A stretch of DNA of 63,522 nt, filler included, from Reticulomyxa filosa (Eukaryota; Protista; Foraminifera), in the NCBI GenBank assembly GCA_000512085.1. It is 19 parts of 19 records of this genome, joined end to end, with 100 filler letters (N's around TTAATTAATTAA, not from the genome) between each part and the next. Parts side by side here need not be neighbours in the genome. Positions count along the whole stretch, not along the records: positions 45,353 to 46,406 come from ASPP01025119.1; positions 46,507 to 47,546 come from ASPP01016595.1; positions 47,647 to 48,743 come from ASPP01023818.1; positions 48,844 to 51,089 come from ASPP01024522.1; positions 51,190 to 52,320 come from ASPP01007759.1; positions 52,421 to 56,046 come from ASPP01003242.1; positions 56,147 to 59,401 come from ASPP01014114.1; 12 more parts are not named here. The stretch is one strand, 5' to 3'. The notes under the pieces were generated by a model, which was not told the origin of the DNA, made no database searches, and was given only the letters and a program-made list of their open reading frames with translations. Numbering within the stretch: position 1 is the first letter of the stretch; each line of letters starts with the position of its first letter. The position numbers and the translations under genes are program-made. Below are positions 45,400 through 57,931 of the stretch, piece after piece.

Positions 45400-46180
45400 G
45401 TATTTGAAAAGTATTGCTTACCAATTGACTTGTGACTTGGAGAATATCGAATTGCAGTGCATTACAAAGTTGCGCATGTTAACGATAACAGTCTGGACGG
45501 TGACGTTGGCTTTGAATAAATTTGGAATAGCCATTCTTTTGATTCGAGCGCGATAAGTTGGAAATGCAGAATTGCTGCCATTGATGCATTATTGATAGCC
45601 AAATTCGGCATTCGCTTCATCGTGGTACTGGAGCAATCTATCACAAGCCAGAAATCAAATGTTATTTGCGTTCCTGGCTGCACAAACCATTTGTATATTC
45701 CATTCGACTGTGGTGCGCTTATCACTATTACAACCACATCTACTTCAATGCCCGCACATAAACTATGTTTTTGTTTTTTACAAATCCATTTTAAATCAAA
45801 TCCATCATACGTACAATATATCATCCCCCTTACTTTTCTTGATGTACGTAGAAATCTCTTTTTTTTTTCATGAACATTTTTTTTCTTTAGATGTTTTTGT
45901 CCCTGTTGTTTACCTGTATTTTGGTTTGAAGTATGTCGACGAGATGCTTGAAGTTGTGAACATATCAATGACTGGCGTTTTTGTGTGCATATTCTTATTG
46001 GACTGTATTGTGGTAATTTTGATAATACGCAAACTTGCGTGTTTCAATTGCACCGATATTTCTGTTACGTTGTCAAGGCATTGTGGACATTTTACGCATT
46101 TCCACATTTTTGATTTCCACATTTGGCCGACAGAGTGGTTGGCCAACTTATTCAATGATAGCAATAATGCACCCATGTAG
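45400..46180 (+). CDS. Multi-pass membrane protein fragment (possibly degraded)
   Basis: Hydrophobic segments in ORF 45659-46180 and a plus-strand GT...poly-T...AG intron-like stretch at 45844-45890. Competing minus-strand ORFs exist. Confidence 0.35.
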
Positions 46181-46506
46181 TCGTGATTATTTGAATATGT
46201 TGGGTCGTTTTCGTTTGAGTTTTCTTTGGCCACATTGCTTTCACTTGACATCGCCAAAACTGCAGTTAAGACTCGCAGTATTATCAATACAATTGCATAT
46301 ACCAACGATGGCTTCATTTTGCCGTTAAAGTAGCCACTTTTGCACTCAATCTTTTCTCCTCCGTTTGCCCCTTTCCTAACAGGTACACTGAAATGGAAGG
46401 ACAATANNNNNNNNNNNNNNNNNNNNNNNNNNNNNNNNNNNNNNNNNNNNTTAATTAATTAANNNNNNNNNNNNNNNNNNNNNNNNNNNNNNNNNNNNNN
46501 NNNNNN

Positions 46507-47546
46507 CTTCAGGTAGTCGCCGACCAGCGCCGCCTCGTGCTTGACCGGACCGGTATGGAAGACGGCGCGCAGGCCCGCCTCGAGGGAGAGCGCCTCGACC
46601 GTCGACATATACTGGCCGCCCGACAGGGTCGTCGTGTTGCCGTTGTAGTTCACGATGTTCTGGTTGAAGTAGACCGACGTGTAGTTGCTGCGCCGCGCAC
46701 CCGCCTTGATGAAGCCGGTCAGGCCTTCGACGATGTCGTGCTCGAAGCGCAGCGCACCATAGACGTCGTTGCCCTGCAGCCGCTCCCACGGTTGATAGGA
46801 GCTCTGGCGGGCATAGGGCGCGGGCGGGAGCTGAACGCCGGCCGCCAGGAAGATGCCGCCCTGGAATGCCCCCACGTCGCGCTTCAGGTATCCGAGGTCC
46901 GCGTCGATGCGGGTGCGATCACTGCGGTAGTCGAAGCCGAGAGTGAGTGCCAGCCGCTCGGCATTCTGGTTGTTGACCGCCGTGTCGCCGGAATAATACG
47001 TGCCGCCCGCTCTCAGACCGAGTTCGTTGTCGGGACCGAAGCGGCGCCCGACGTCCAGCGAGCCGCCCAGTTGAGAGTCCGAATTGTAAAGAAGGGTGCC
47101 TTGTGTGATCGGCGCGTCGGTGGCGCGCTTCGGCACGAGGTTGATGGTGCCGCCGACGGCGCTGGGCAGCGCACCGTTCAGGAAGGCGGTGGGACCACGG
47201 AAGACTTCCACCCTCTCGATGCCCGTCATGTCCACCTGGTTGGGCACGATGCTGTAGAGACCGCCGAGGCCGAAGTTGGGATTGAGCACGGTGATGCCGC
47301 GGATCATGACGCGATCATCGAACACGTTGCCGTTGGGGATGCCCGAGCGCAGCGTCGGATCGCCCGCGAGGACATCCGTCAGCGTGCGGGCCTGCTGGTT
47401 CTGGATGTACTGGTTTGTATACGTCGTCTCGCTGAACGGCGTGTCCATGTAGTCGCGGTTTCCCAGCAGGCCGACCTTGCCGCCGCGAGCGACCTGGCCG
47501 CCCGCATAGGCCGGTGACTGGTTGCCGATCTCGCCCTGCGGCGGGG
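46507..47546 (-). CDS. Bacterial TonB-dependent siderophore receptor, internal fragment (plug + start of barrel)
   Basis: The whole contig is one intronless open frame: AYAGGQVARGGKVGLLGNRDYMDTPFS, IERVEVFRGPTAFLNG, VGGTINLVPKRA, DVGRRFG. Roughly two-thirds GC with GC-ending codons. Confidence 0.95.
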
Positions 47547-47646
47547 NNNNNNNNNNNNNNNNNNNNNNNNNNNNNNNNNNNNNNNNNNNNTTAATTAATT
47601 AANNNNNNNNNNNNNNNNNNNNNNNNNNNNNNNNNNNNNNNNNNNN

Positions 47647-47686
<40 letters not shown>

Positions 47687-47690
47687 GTTA

Positions 47691-48153
47691 CCTTTGGTGT
47701 TAAGTGCTTTGCCAATGTTTCTGGATGAACCATTCCGAATTTGTCACATTCGAGGTAAATCACTTCGTGGTTGTAGTTCTTGTGAAGGTGCTCGCAAACG
47801 CGCAATACAGCTGGGTGCTCCAGCGATGTGGTTATGATGCGCGCCCCGAAGGGGGCCTTTGCCATCACTGTTTGGATGACGTGGTTGAGACCCTCACTCC
47901 CGCCACTTGTAAATGTTATCTCCTCGGAGGCACATTGCAAGAGTCTACTCACTCGCTCGCGGGCCAGCTTGATCGCCTTCTTCGGCTCTCGGCCGTAGTA
48001 GTGACTGCTACTGGGATTGCCGAAATGCTCTTTGAAATATGGAAGCATTGATTCCAATACCAAAGGATGGACTGGTGTTGTTCCATTGTAATCTAAATAT
48101 ATTGGCTCGACGAATTTTTTTGATTCACTAGTTGGCTCTGATTGTTTGCTCAT
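47691..48153 (-). CDS. Selenocysteine lyase / NifS-like class V PLP enzyme, N-terminal exon
   Basis: IYLDYNGTTPVHPLV, HFGNPSSSHYYG, ARERVSRLL, EITFTSGGSEGLN, TTSLEHPAV. The exon ends at a GT donor (47691) before a poly-A run and the linker. No mitochondrial presequence is apparent. Confidence 0.9.
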
Positions 48154-48878
48154 TTTTTTTTTTTTCCCTTTCCTACTTCTGCGTCAGTACCCTTCATTTG
48201 TTTGCGAATCTTTTAAAAAGTAGATCACTTAAGTTTTTTAAAACAATATGGCTTTTCTAATATGAGACTCCCAAAATGCTATTGCAAAAAAAGCGTTTAC
48301 TTGCACTAACACTAAAATGAAGGAATAACAAAACAACACATTCGCAAAGGTATTAGACAAAAATTTGGCTGTTTTGTTATTCAACTTTTGAGATGTTTAT
48401 CACAAGTAAAAAAAATAAAGAAGTGGATATTCTGACTTTAGAAACTACAGTTTTTTTGCTGAAAGTAACATATATCAACAAAAAAAAAAAAAAAGTGTTA
48501 GTCGAAAAAACGTACAAAGTCAATAGCAAAAAAAATATTACCAACTGGAGTTACCAAAAAAAAAAACAACAACAAAAAAAAAGAGAATAGAGACCAATGA
48601 CATTTTCATTGCTAACTTTGCTCATGTACAGCACAAAAAAAAAAAGGGAATGGTGCACATGTTCTTTTCTTTGCAATTGTTTTTTTCATTATTATGATGT
48701 ATTAAGTGATTTTCGCTCCTTTACGGAGCAAAAATGCAGCAACNNNNNNNNNNNNNNNNNNNNNNNNNNNNNNNNNNNNNNNNNNNNTTAATTAATTAAN
48801 NNNNNNNNNNNNNNNNNNNNNNNNNNNNNNNNNNNNNNNNNNNAAAAGAAAAACTTCCAACTTGAGCTACGGACCACT

Positions 48879-48960
48879 GCTTCTCGGGTTCCGAGTTAGC
48901 GATTCGCTGCACTTTGCCCTGGTGCGCACTCGGCCGAGGTTCGATCCCCGTATAGAAGTT
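48879..48960 (+). other. tRNA-like / Pol III-type GC-rich element (tRNA pseudogene or SINE head)
   Basis: B-box/T-loop GGTTCGATCC at 48938-48947. Ends GCTTCT...AGAAGT can pair like an acceptor stem. No clean D-arm or anticodon arm. Confidence 0.4.
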
Positions 48961-49709
48961 AGATGTTTTTCCATTCTACTATTGTAGAATTTTGATATTT
49001 ATATAATGATTAATCTATATAGTTGATCTAAATTTTTTATCACACTTTTTTTGCAGGAAAAATGTTGTTTATCTTTCAAAGTAAAATAATGGCAGAGCTC
49101 ATGTGTGTCTCTGGAGATAGTGATAAAGCATCGAATCAAATTACAAGATCAATGTTTTTAGCTTTGAAGAAGTGGGCTCAAAATGGAAAGCTACAAGGAA
49201 AAGCAAACACAAGCCAATTTCAATCACTCAAGTGTAAGCGAACCAAGCACAGATGCATAGCAAAATTTACGAATAAGAAAGTGTCTGTAAGATTGACAAT
49301 TTTTATTGAAGCAATTTCAACAATGTTTGCAGTCAGAGTTTGGGTTTGTAAGTCTTTTTCGTCATCGAAAAATCAAGCATAATTGTAACTTCATTTTACT
49401 TGTTATTTATATTTGTCCATAAATAGATTGTTTTCATTCACACCAAATTTCATTGTTGAAATCCAAGAAAATATTCATTTTTTTTATTTGCATTTATTTA
49501 TCTGGTTCCTTTTAAACATTTGAAAAATCAAAGACGTTCTGTGATGAGAAAAATCTATCTGAAATTTTTAATTCTTATTCATTTCGAAATTATTTATCAC
49601 ATTGATTTTTTGAATTGTTGAATAACAAGCAAAAATTTTAAGTAGCATATTCACATAAAACGCTCAAAGATAAAATATCTTTGTAACAGTTTATTGTTTT
49701 TTTGGTCAA

Positions 49710-51065
49710 TCAATACCATCCACCAATTTTAGGTAAATTTTGAATGACCGATTTCACCTGAGTGAAATTAGACAATGCATATTCTCCTTTTTCTCGTCCG
49801 ATTCCACTTTGTTTGTAACCTCCAAATGGTTGGGGTGCATCCAAGACATCATATGTGTTAATCCAAACTGTTCCAGCTCTATCAATAAGCCATACACAAC
49901 ATACAATAAGATATAGTTTAAAAAGTGTTTCAAAAATTATTATTAACTTCAAAGCTCGGGAAAAATAGTTGGCTTTGTCCAAATTTCTTGTAAACACAGC
50001 TGATGCCAATCCGTATTGAGTGTCATTAGCTCTTCGAAGTACTTCTTCTTCATCTTTGAACTTGGTGATTTGCATAACTGGTCCAAATATTTCTTCTCTT
50101 GAAATCTTCATGTTGTCACCAACATTTCCAAACACAGTCGATTCAACAAAGTATCCTTTTTTGCCAATTCGCTTGCCTCCTGCCAACAATGTCGCTCCTT
50201 CTTTTTCACCAGTGGCAATATAATTTAATACTTTTTTGAATTGTTCTTCATTTTGTTGTGGTCCTTGATCAACATCCGTGAAAGGATCTCCAACTTTTCG
50301 TTTTTTGGTTGCTTTGGTGGTTTTTTCCGCAAATTCATCATACACTTTTTCCTAATTATTTATTTACTTTTTTATTGACTTATTTTCCTTTGAAAAAAAA
50401 CACAAAGACCTAATTCGCACGTTACAAAGAAAATAATCTTAACATGAACGTAAATTCGGGAAGAAGCGCAACAGCATTGTCCAGCATTCAAAAACAAGCC
50501 AATTTGATGAGCTCCAACCGCACCATCAATGTCTGCATCCTCAAACACAATCGAAGGTGATTTACCTCCCAATTCCAGTGTCACAGGGATCAGTTTTTCT
50601 GCTGCAGCTTTCATGATCAATTTACCAGTCGATGTCTCACCAGTGAAGGCCAATTTATTCAAGCCATGATGGCCAGCTAAAGCGGCTCCTGCAACTTCTC
50701 CCAGCCCTGGAACGACATTTACCACACCCTATTTTGTTTGTATGTTATACGTTATTCAAATGAGCAAAATACAAAAAAAAAAATTTTCTTTTTTAAAATT
50801 CAAAACTTCAGGTATTCCAGCCTCATTGCACAGATGAGCAGCATGTAAGGCTGTCAAAGGGGTGCTTTCAGCGGCTTTAATCACAATGGTGTTACCAGTG
50901 GCCAAGGCAGGAGCTAATTTCCACATAAACATTGTCAATGGGAAATTCCTTTTTTGTTTTTTTTAAATCCTCTTTGTTCGGTCTAACCAAAATGCAACGC
51001 ACAAAAGAAAAAACAAAAAAAGTATAAACCACAAACCAAGGAATGATTGCTCCAATGACACCAAT
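49710..51065 (-). CDS. Aldehyde dehydrogenase (ALDH1/2-like), 5'-truncated
   Basis: [10 protein letters not shown]|[83 protein letters not shown]. Four GT-AG introns with donors at 51036, 50806, 50443, 49947. Confidence 0.96.
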
Positions 51066-51189
51066 CTATTTCACATTTTTTGCCCCCCCNNNNNNNNNNN
51101 NNNNNNNNNNNNNNNNNNNNNNNNNNNNNNNNNTTAATTAATTAANNNNNNNNNNNNNNNNNNNNNNNNNNNNNNNNNNNNNNNNNNNN

Positions 51190-52230
51190 CAACAACAACA
51201 ACAACAGCAACATCACCGATACCGCTGCCGCCAATGAAAAACATGGCCATTCTGAATCGGCCAATGGAACCGGCAATGACAATGCCACGCCGTCGATTCG
51301 AAATCGAAGCTCGCGCCGCTGCAAAAAGTTGAGCAATTTCGAAGGCAATTGGAAAGATTACGATAGCGCCATTGAGGAGGCCTTATGTTCGTCCTCGTCG
51401 ATGGACGAGGACGCGGGTGAGGGCGATGACGATGCTGCAAGCAACAAAGACAAAGACAGAGACAAAGAACGCAGGAGAAGATGGAGGGAAAGAGAAGAGC
51501 AAGAGGCAGAGGATACGAGCGACTCCGAGTACAGCGGCGTGGAAGATGCCAAGTTTGCTACCAGCAGTGATGAATATGAGTTTGGAAATGGAGAGGAGGA
51601 ACGTTTGGAAAATGTCAATGAATTAAATGTTTCTGCGACATCCAAAACTAACTTTATTACCAAATCAAATATTCCATCTGCAGGCAATGCTTCTACTACT
51701 GATAGTCGACTCTCAAAAATGTTACCTGTTTCTTCTTCCATCTCTACCTCTGCTTCTGCTTCTGCTTCTGCATCTGCATCTGTCTCCGCTTCTATTTCTA
51801 CACCCACCTCCATTTCTACTCCCAAAAAAAAATCAAAAAAAACCAAGAAATCCAAAGCAGCCAAAGACAAAAAAGCACTATTGAAATCCAAAAAAAAAAA
51901 AGCAAAGACGGATTCGACCATTGCAACTGCAAATGCTTGCAAAGGCAATGGCAAAAACCAGTTCCGAGAAATCCTTGACCAAATGATGGGCATTCAGAGG
52001 AATCCTTCTGGGCAAATCATTTATCAAGCCCCTCCGCCTACAAATATTTTAATGGAGTATTCAAAACAGCATAGCTATTTCCAATCGCTACAAGCCACGT
52101 TAGCGGCCCAGGCAATTAAAAAATCACAGGACGGCAATTCGCCTGATACACAAGGGATCGATCTCACCAAAACGCCTCCGAACAACAACTCCTCCGCTCC
52201 AAAAACAAGTAAAATTCAAAATGTCCATTT
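51190..52230 (+). CDS. Low-complexity acidic/Ser/Lys-rich protein fragment
   Basis: Long open frame (51329-52320) across an internal contig. No domain recognised. Confidence 0.5.
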
Positions 52231-52420
52231 GTATGGTTATTATGTTTATCCAAGGAAAAGGGGAGGGAGAAGGGGGAAAAAAAAAAAATTATTTAAAAAA
52301 AAAAAAAAAAAAAAAAAAAANNNNNNNNNNNNNNNNNNNNNNNNNNNNNNNNNNNNNNNNNNNNTTAATTAATTAANNNNNNNNNNNNNNNNNNNNNNNN
52401 NNNNNNNNNNNNNNNNNNNN

Positions 52421-55371
52421 AAATTATACAAATTTAAGTAAAATGATGGAAGAACCATTTTTACTTCGAATGATATTAACTGTATTACCATTATTAACGA
52501 AACAACATTCCATTGGAACTAAAATATCAAAAGCACAAGTATATGAAGCATTCAATGAACAATGGATCGATGTTCATGTGAAAAATATTTCAAATAAATT
52601 ATCAGAACTACGAATTCAAACAAATCAAAAAAAAATAAAATTTGCATTTCAACAATATTGTCAAGATTTGGGATTTGAAATGCTTATTCAAGGAAATCAA
52701 GTTGCAACAGAAAATGATTATAAAGAACACGAAAATAATAACAATTGGAGTAAATTAGATCCAATAATGGAAATGGATGAAAAAAAAATAGAATTAAAAA
52801 CAAATGAAGACACTGTTATAAAAACGAAAGACGTTTGGGAACAATATTTCAATGGTGACAGTATTGCCAAATATGTCTTGAGAAGAGTTGGTGATAACAA
52901 ATATCAATTTTTACATAAATCATGCCAAGAATATTATGCAGCACAAAAAATTATATTTGATATCATTTCATGGAAACCTGACATTGTTACTGTTGATAAT
53001 CAACAATTTCAACAACAATTTGAAACACATGCTGAACAATTATCCATCAATTGTAGATTATTAAATGAAGAGCTGGGGATAATTCAATTTATTGCAGATA
53101 GAATTCATGATAACCAATCAATATTTGTAAATTTAAAATCAAGATTATTTCGAATTATTGAATCATCCAAAAATAGCTCAAGAGTATCTATTGCAGCAGC
53201 AAATGCAGCGACAATACTCAACGTAGCAAGAGTTAGCATGAACAATCTAAACTGGAATAAGATAAATATATCAAAAGCCATTCTAGACCATGCTTTTCTT
53301 GAAGGGACAAGTTTCAAAGAAGCGATTTTAGATAATGTGAGCTTCTTCCGAGCTTGTCTTAATTGTGCCAACTTCACAAAAACATCTGTGAATCAAATCA
53401 ACTTTGGTGAGTATGGCTATCTCAAAGGACATAATAATCATGTTACTTCTGTTCAATTTTCATCTGATGGCAAGAGAATTATATCTGGTTCCTATGATAA
53501 GACTATTCGATTTTGGGACGCATCATCGGGAAATCAAATTCATCTTTTAAAAGCGAATTCTGGTATCTCTTTTATTCAACTTTCGCCTGATGAGAAAAAA
53601 TGGTATCTGGTTCATTTAGTACTATTCAATTGTGGGATGCATCATCTGGAGAAGAACTTCTATGTTTAAAAGGTCATTCAAATCGTGTCCATTCTGCTCA
53701 ATTTTCTCCTGATGGTAACAAAATTGTATCTACCTCATGGAATGATACCGTTCGATTGTGGGATGTGCTATCTGGAAAACAACTTAAATCTTTTGAAGGT
53801 TTACCTTTTGTTTATTCTGTTCAATTTTCACTAGACAGCAATAAAATTTTATGTGGTTCATATGATGGGATCATTCAATTGTTTGATATATCATCTGGAG
53901 AACAAATTTTATCTTTGAAAGCTCATTATGGAGCTGTTAATTGTGCCCGATTCTCTCCTGATGGTAGCAAAATTGTGTCTTGTTCAAAAGATAGAACAGT
54001 TCGATTATGGGATGTATTGTCTGGAAAACAACTCCAATCTTTTGAAGGTCATTTAGATGATGTTTTTTCTGTTGATTTTTCACCTGATGGTAACATAATT
54101 GCATCTGGATCAGAGGATAGAACAATTCGATTGTGGAATGCATCATCTGGAAAACAACTCCAATTTTTAGAAGGTCATTCAAAGTCTGTCAAATGTGTTC
54201 GCTTTTCACCTGATGGTAACAGACTGGTATCCGGATCAGATGATCAAACTATTCGACTGTGGGATATATCTTTTGGAAAACGACTTCAATCTTTAGAAGG
54301 TCATTCAAACAATGTTTTTTCTGTTGAATTATCTCCTGATGGCAACAGAGTTATATCAGGTTCAATGGATAAAACAGTTCGGTTGTGGGATGCATCATCT
54401 GGAAAACAACTCCAATCTTTGGAAGGTCATTCCGACTTTGTCACTTCTGTTCATTTTTCAGCTGACGGTAGCAAAATTGTATCTGGTTCATCTGACAGAA
54501 CTATTCAAGTGTGGGATGCGTTTCTGGGAAACATCTTCTATCGTTATATGGTCATTCATATGGTATCTATTCCGTTCAATTTTCTCCTGATAACAAAAAA
54601 ATTGTATCTAGGTTCAGCTGATAGTACTATTCGATTGTGGGATGCATTATACGGGAACCAACTTTTATCTTTAAAGGCCATTCAGACATTGTCTATTCTG
54701 TTCGATTCTCTCCCGATGGTAGCAAAATTGTATCTGGTTCAGAAGATAAAACCATTCGACTCTGGGATCCGTTATCTGGAAAACAACTTCTTATTTTAGA
54801 GGGTCATTCAAGTATTGTTTATTCTGTTCAATTTTCACCTGATGGCAACAGGATTGTATCTGGCTCAGCTGATAAAACCATTCGATTGTGGGATGTATCA
54901 TCTGGAAAACAGCTTTTATCTTTGAAAGGTCATTTTGACGTTGTCTATTCTGTCAATATCTCATCTGATGGTGAGAAAATTGTATCTAGCTCAGCAGATA
55001 AAACTATTCGTTTGTGGGATGCGTTATCTGGAAAACAACTCCAATGTTTGGAAGGCCATTTGAAAGCTGTTAGATGTGCTCACCTTTCATTCGATGGTAA
55101 CAAAATTGTCTCTGGTTCATGGGATACAACCATTCGATTGTGGAGTCTATCTTCCACTCGTGATGATATTTCAAGTAATTCAAGTTTGATTCATCCTTCG
55201 GCAGATGATAAACAACCTTTATCAGATGTACAAAACGGAAAGTCTTTTTCGTGCAAATGCATTTGGCAAGGTGGTAGTTGTTTATCATTAACAGGCAGTA
55301 CTTGGAAAGATGCAAAAGGTTTAACTCTTTTGCAAAAGTCTGTTGTTGAACGATACGGTGGGGCGCTTTAA
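52421..55371 (+). CDS. NACHT(C-terminal part)-pentapeptide-WD40 x14 NLR/STAND-like protein, 5'-truncated, with frameshifts
   Basis: EPFLLRMIL, YQFLHKSCQEYYAA (NACHT winged-helix motif), IAAANAATILN, pentapeptide AILDHAFLEGTSFKEAILDNVSF, 14 WD40 units of about 126 bp (about 53420-55150), C-terminal cap WKDAKGLT...RYGG. Indels at about 53595, 54520, 54610 and 54672. Confidence 0.9.
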
Positions 55372-56146
55372 GCTTTTATCTTTTAATGAAAAATAATTGC
55401 TTTGTAAGATATCGGTTCGCCTTTTGCTTGACTAAGTTATTCATACTGTTGTAATAAAAAATATTTGTACAACGCAAAGAGTTCTTTTTCTGCTTAATAT
55501 TCACAAGTGCATTTGTTTGAACTAAAAAAAGTCACTCATTTTTGTTAGAACTAAAACAAAACAATGTAAGCATTTCATTTGCAAACAACCTTATGGACAT
55601 AGAGTCTTCCACTTTATCATTATATATCGTTTTTGATTTTCTTCGTTTACCATCGAACTTACTCAGTACATTTGTCATCTTTATCATCTACACAATAATT
55701 GACACTGTTTAATATGTAATCTCTTTATAAATTTCCGAATTTATTCTGTTATCTGTCTTGCATACATTCCCAACGATTTTTACGCTAAAACAAGCTATAC
55801 AGAATGTTTTGATCATGTATAGCAAATTATATGTTGCATTTTTCAAAGGAGTAATCGTAATGGCATTAGCTGAAAAAAGGACAAAAAGCAATTGAAATAT
55901 AATTATCATTTTTTGCAAAGGAAAACAAGAAGTTTTTCTGTTCAGAAAACTTATACTACATTTGAATTCGGTTGAGAATGTAGATCTCCAAATAAGTTGC
56001 AAGACATTATCATATCAACTTCGACTTGGTTCATTGAAATAATCATNNNNNNNNNNNNNNNNNNNNNNNNNNNNNNNNNNNNNNNNNNNNTTAATTAATT
56101 AANNNNNNNNNNNNNNNNNNNNNNNNNNNNNNNNNNNNNNNNNNNN

Positions 56147-57311
56147 AAAAAAAAAAATAATAATAATGATTAAAAATAAAGTGTTCGAGACGATTTATCA
56201 TTGCTCGAAGTACTGGGCAGTGACCAATTGAAATACGAGGCACCAGCAATTTTCACTTTACGAGCGCGTCGTACTCCACAAGAGCATCAAGTACCAGTCA
56301 CACCGATGGACAGTTTACACCAACCCATAAGGACAAAGACACAGATAAAAAGAAGACCCAAGAAAAAGAAGAGGAGAATTCCAATGGATTGGATTCAAAT
56401 GAAACACAGAAGAAAAATGAGAAAGAACAAAAGAACATAACTGAAGCCTTGACAAATGACGACGTGGCGAATGAGAGAAAGGAGGATGTGTTGGGAGATC
56501 CAATTCGCCAATGCGATGACAACATTGTCACAGACGCGTCTACAAAGGAGTATAGTATAAACTATTATTCATCCCGCGACAATAATGCAAGCAGTGATTG
56601 TGACAATGGCAAACAGAACATTGGGGACATTGCTCATATGCACAACCTGTTGCAAACACTGCGAGAGTTGTTTGGTCCGGCGATGAAACGTGAGCAAAAC
56701 AAGTCGAATCAAGCCGACAATAAGAATGAAATGGAAAGTAATAATGCGACCAAAGATGACGATAACAAAAACACAGAATTGTGGCTATATGAAAATATCG
56801 CCTTTCCAAAAGAAGCAAAGCCATCAGCGTCTCAAGATCATCACAAAAAAAAAAATAAAAAAAAAAGTGAACAGCAACAATCCAAATCTAATCAAACCGA
56901 TACAAATGATAACAACCAGACACATTCTGCTCCAGCGCCTTCAATTGTCAATCCGAATGAATGTCCTTCTAGTCTTGACAGTGGTAATAACAATACGACT
57001 CAATGTGATCAATCCAATCATGAAAACGCTCCTTCAAACCAACATGACCATATTGAAAGCGAAAACCCCACTGCTACTGCTGTTGCTACTGTTGCTGCTG
57101 TTGCTGTTGCAAAACACGAACAGCCAGCATTTAAACGAGGAACCATCCAACAGCAAAACCAGGCCCAATGGCATTTCTTATTGACAATTCCTAGAAGATT
57201 CCAGCAATTTCGAATCGATCCGACCAAACCACTACGAGAAGTTTTAGTGCAGTTTTGTGTATCTATGCATGTGCGCATATGCGTATGTGTGGATTTATAA
57301 TTTTTTTTTGT

Positions 57312-57351
<40 letters not shown>

Positions 57352-57931
57352 ATGATGTGTTTAAAGGAAGGTGATCGTGGAATATCCACATTTTCGCATT
57401 GCCTCAAAAAAAGAACTCGCTGAGGAAGAAATGACAGTAATTGATCAAATGGACCGAGCGCAGTCGCTAGCATTGATAAGAGAGATCACAGAGTCCAGTT
57501 TGAAAGCCAGAGAATTACAGCAGGAATACTTTGAGACAGTAGCGAAACGCACTGCGTTATATATGGGTCGAAGGATGAAGCCCAGTTATCAACCAGCTGC
57601 ACGCAAGAGAAAGATTGGCCATGACAACAATCCATCGGGCTCAAATGACGATGCCACCAAATTCCAAAACAAACGTCAGCGTACTGATGATGTCCATTCT
57701 GCTCCTTCCTTTGCTTCAGCAACAGCCACGAAGTGGAAGTCAACTTCATCCTTTAATTCTGATCCTTTCCACTCCTCTTTTAATCAAGTCCAAGCCACCG
57801 GAATTCATCATCCCTCTTCTGCTCCGAATCCCTTTAATCCTTATCATACATCAATGCCTGATTCAAAGAACACCACACAAAATCCACAAGCAAATAGGAA
57901 TTCCCAATCGAACTGGCATTATTATATGTGA
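56147..57931 (+). CDS. Box C/D snoRNA assembly protein BCD1/ZNHIT6-like, C-terminal part with low-complexity insertions
   Basis: Splicing from 57252 to about 57366 gives FRIDPTKPLREVLVQKVIVEYPHFRI, matching the BCD1 C-terminal pattern (LD...L...L..K.IIEYP). The N-terminal HIT zinc finger is not in the window. Confidence 0.55.

Noticed and set aside
46537-47517. 326-aa plus-strand ORF in the bacterial contig
   Set aside because: Antisense shadow of the TonB receptor frame, expected in high-GC DNA.
46507-51065. Apparent cluster of TonB receptor, NifS-like enzyme and ALDH as an operon or HGT island
   Set aside because: Each lies on a different contig separated by linkers, and the latter two are intron-containing eukaryotic genes.
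53420-55150. Tandem 126-bp repeats as a CRISPR-like array
   Set aside because: They are coding WD40 units, with no repeat-spacer structure and no cas genes.
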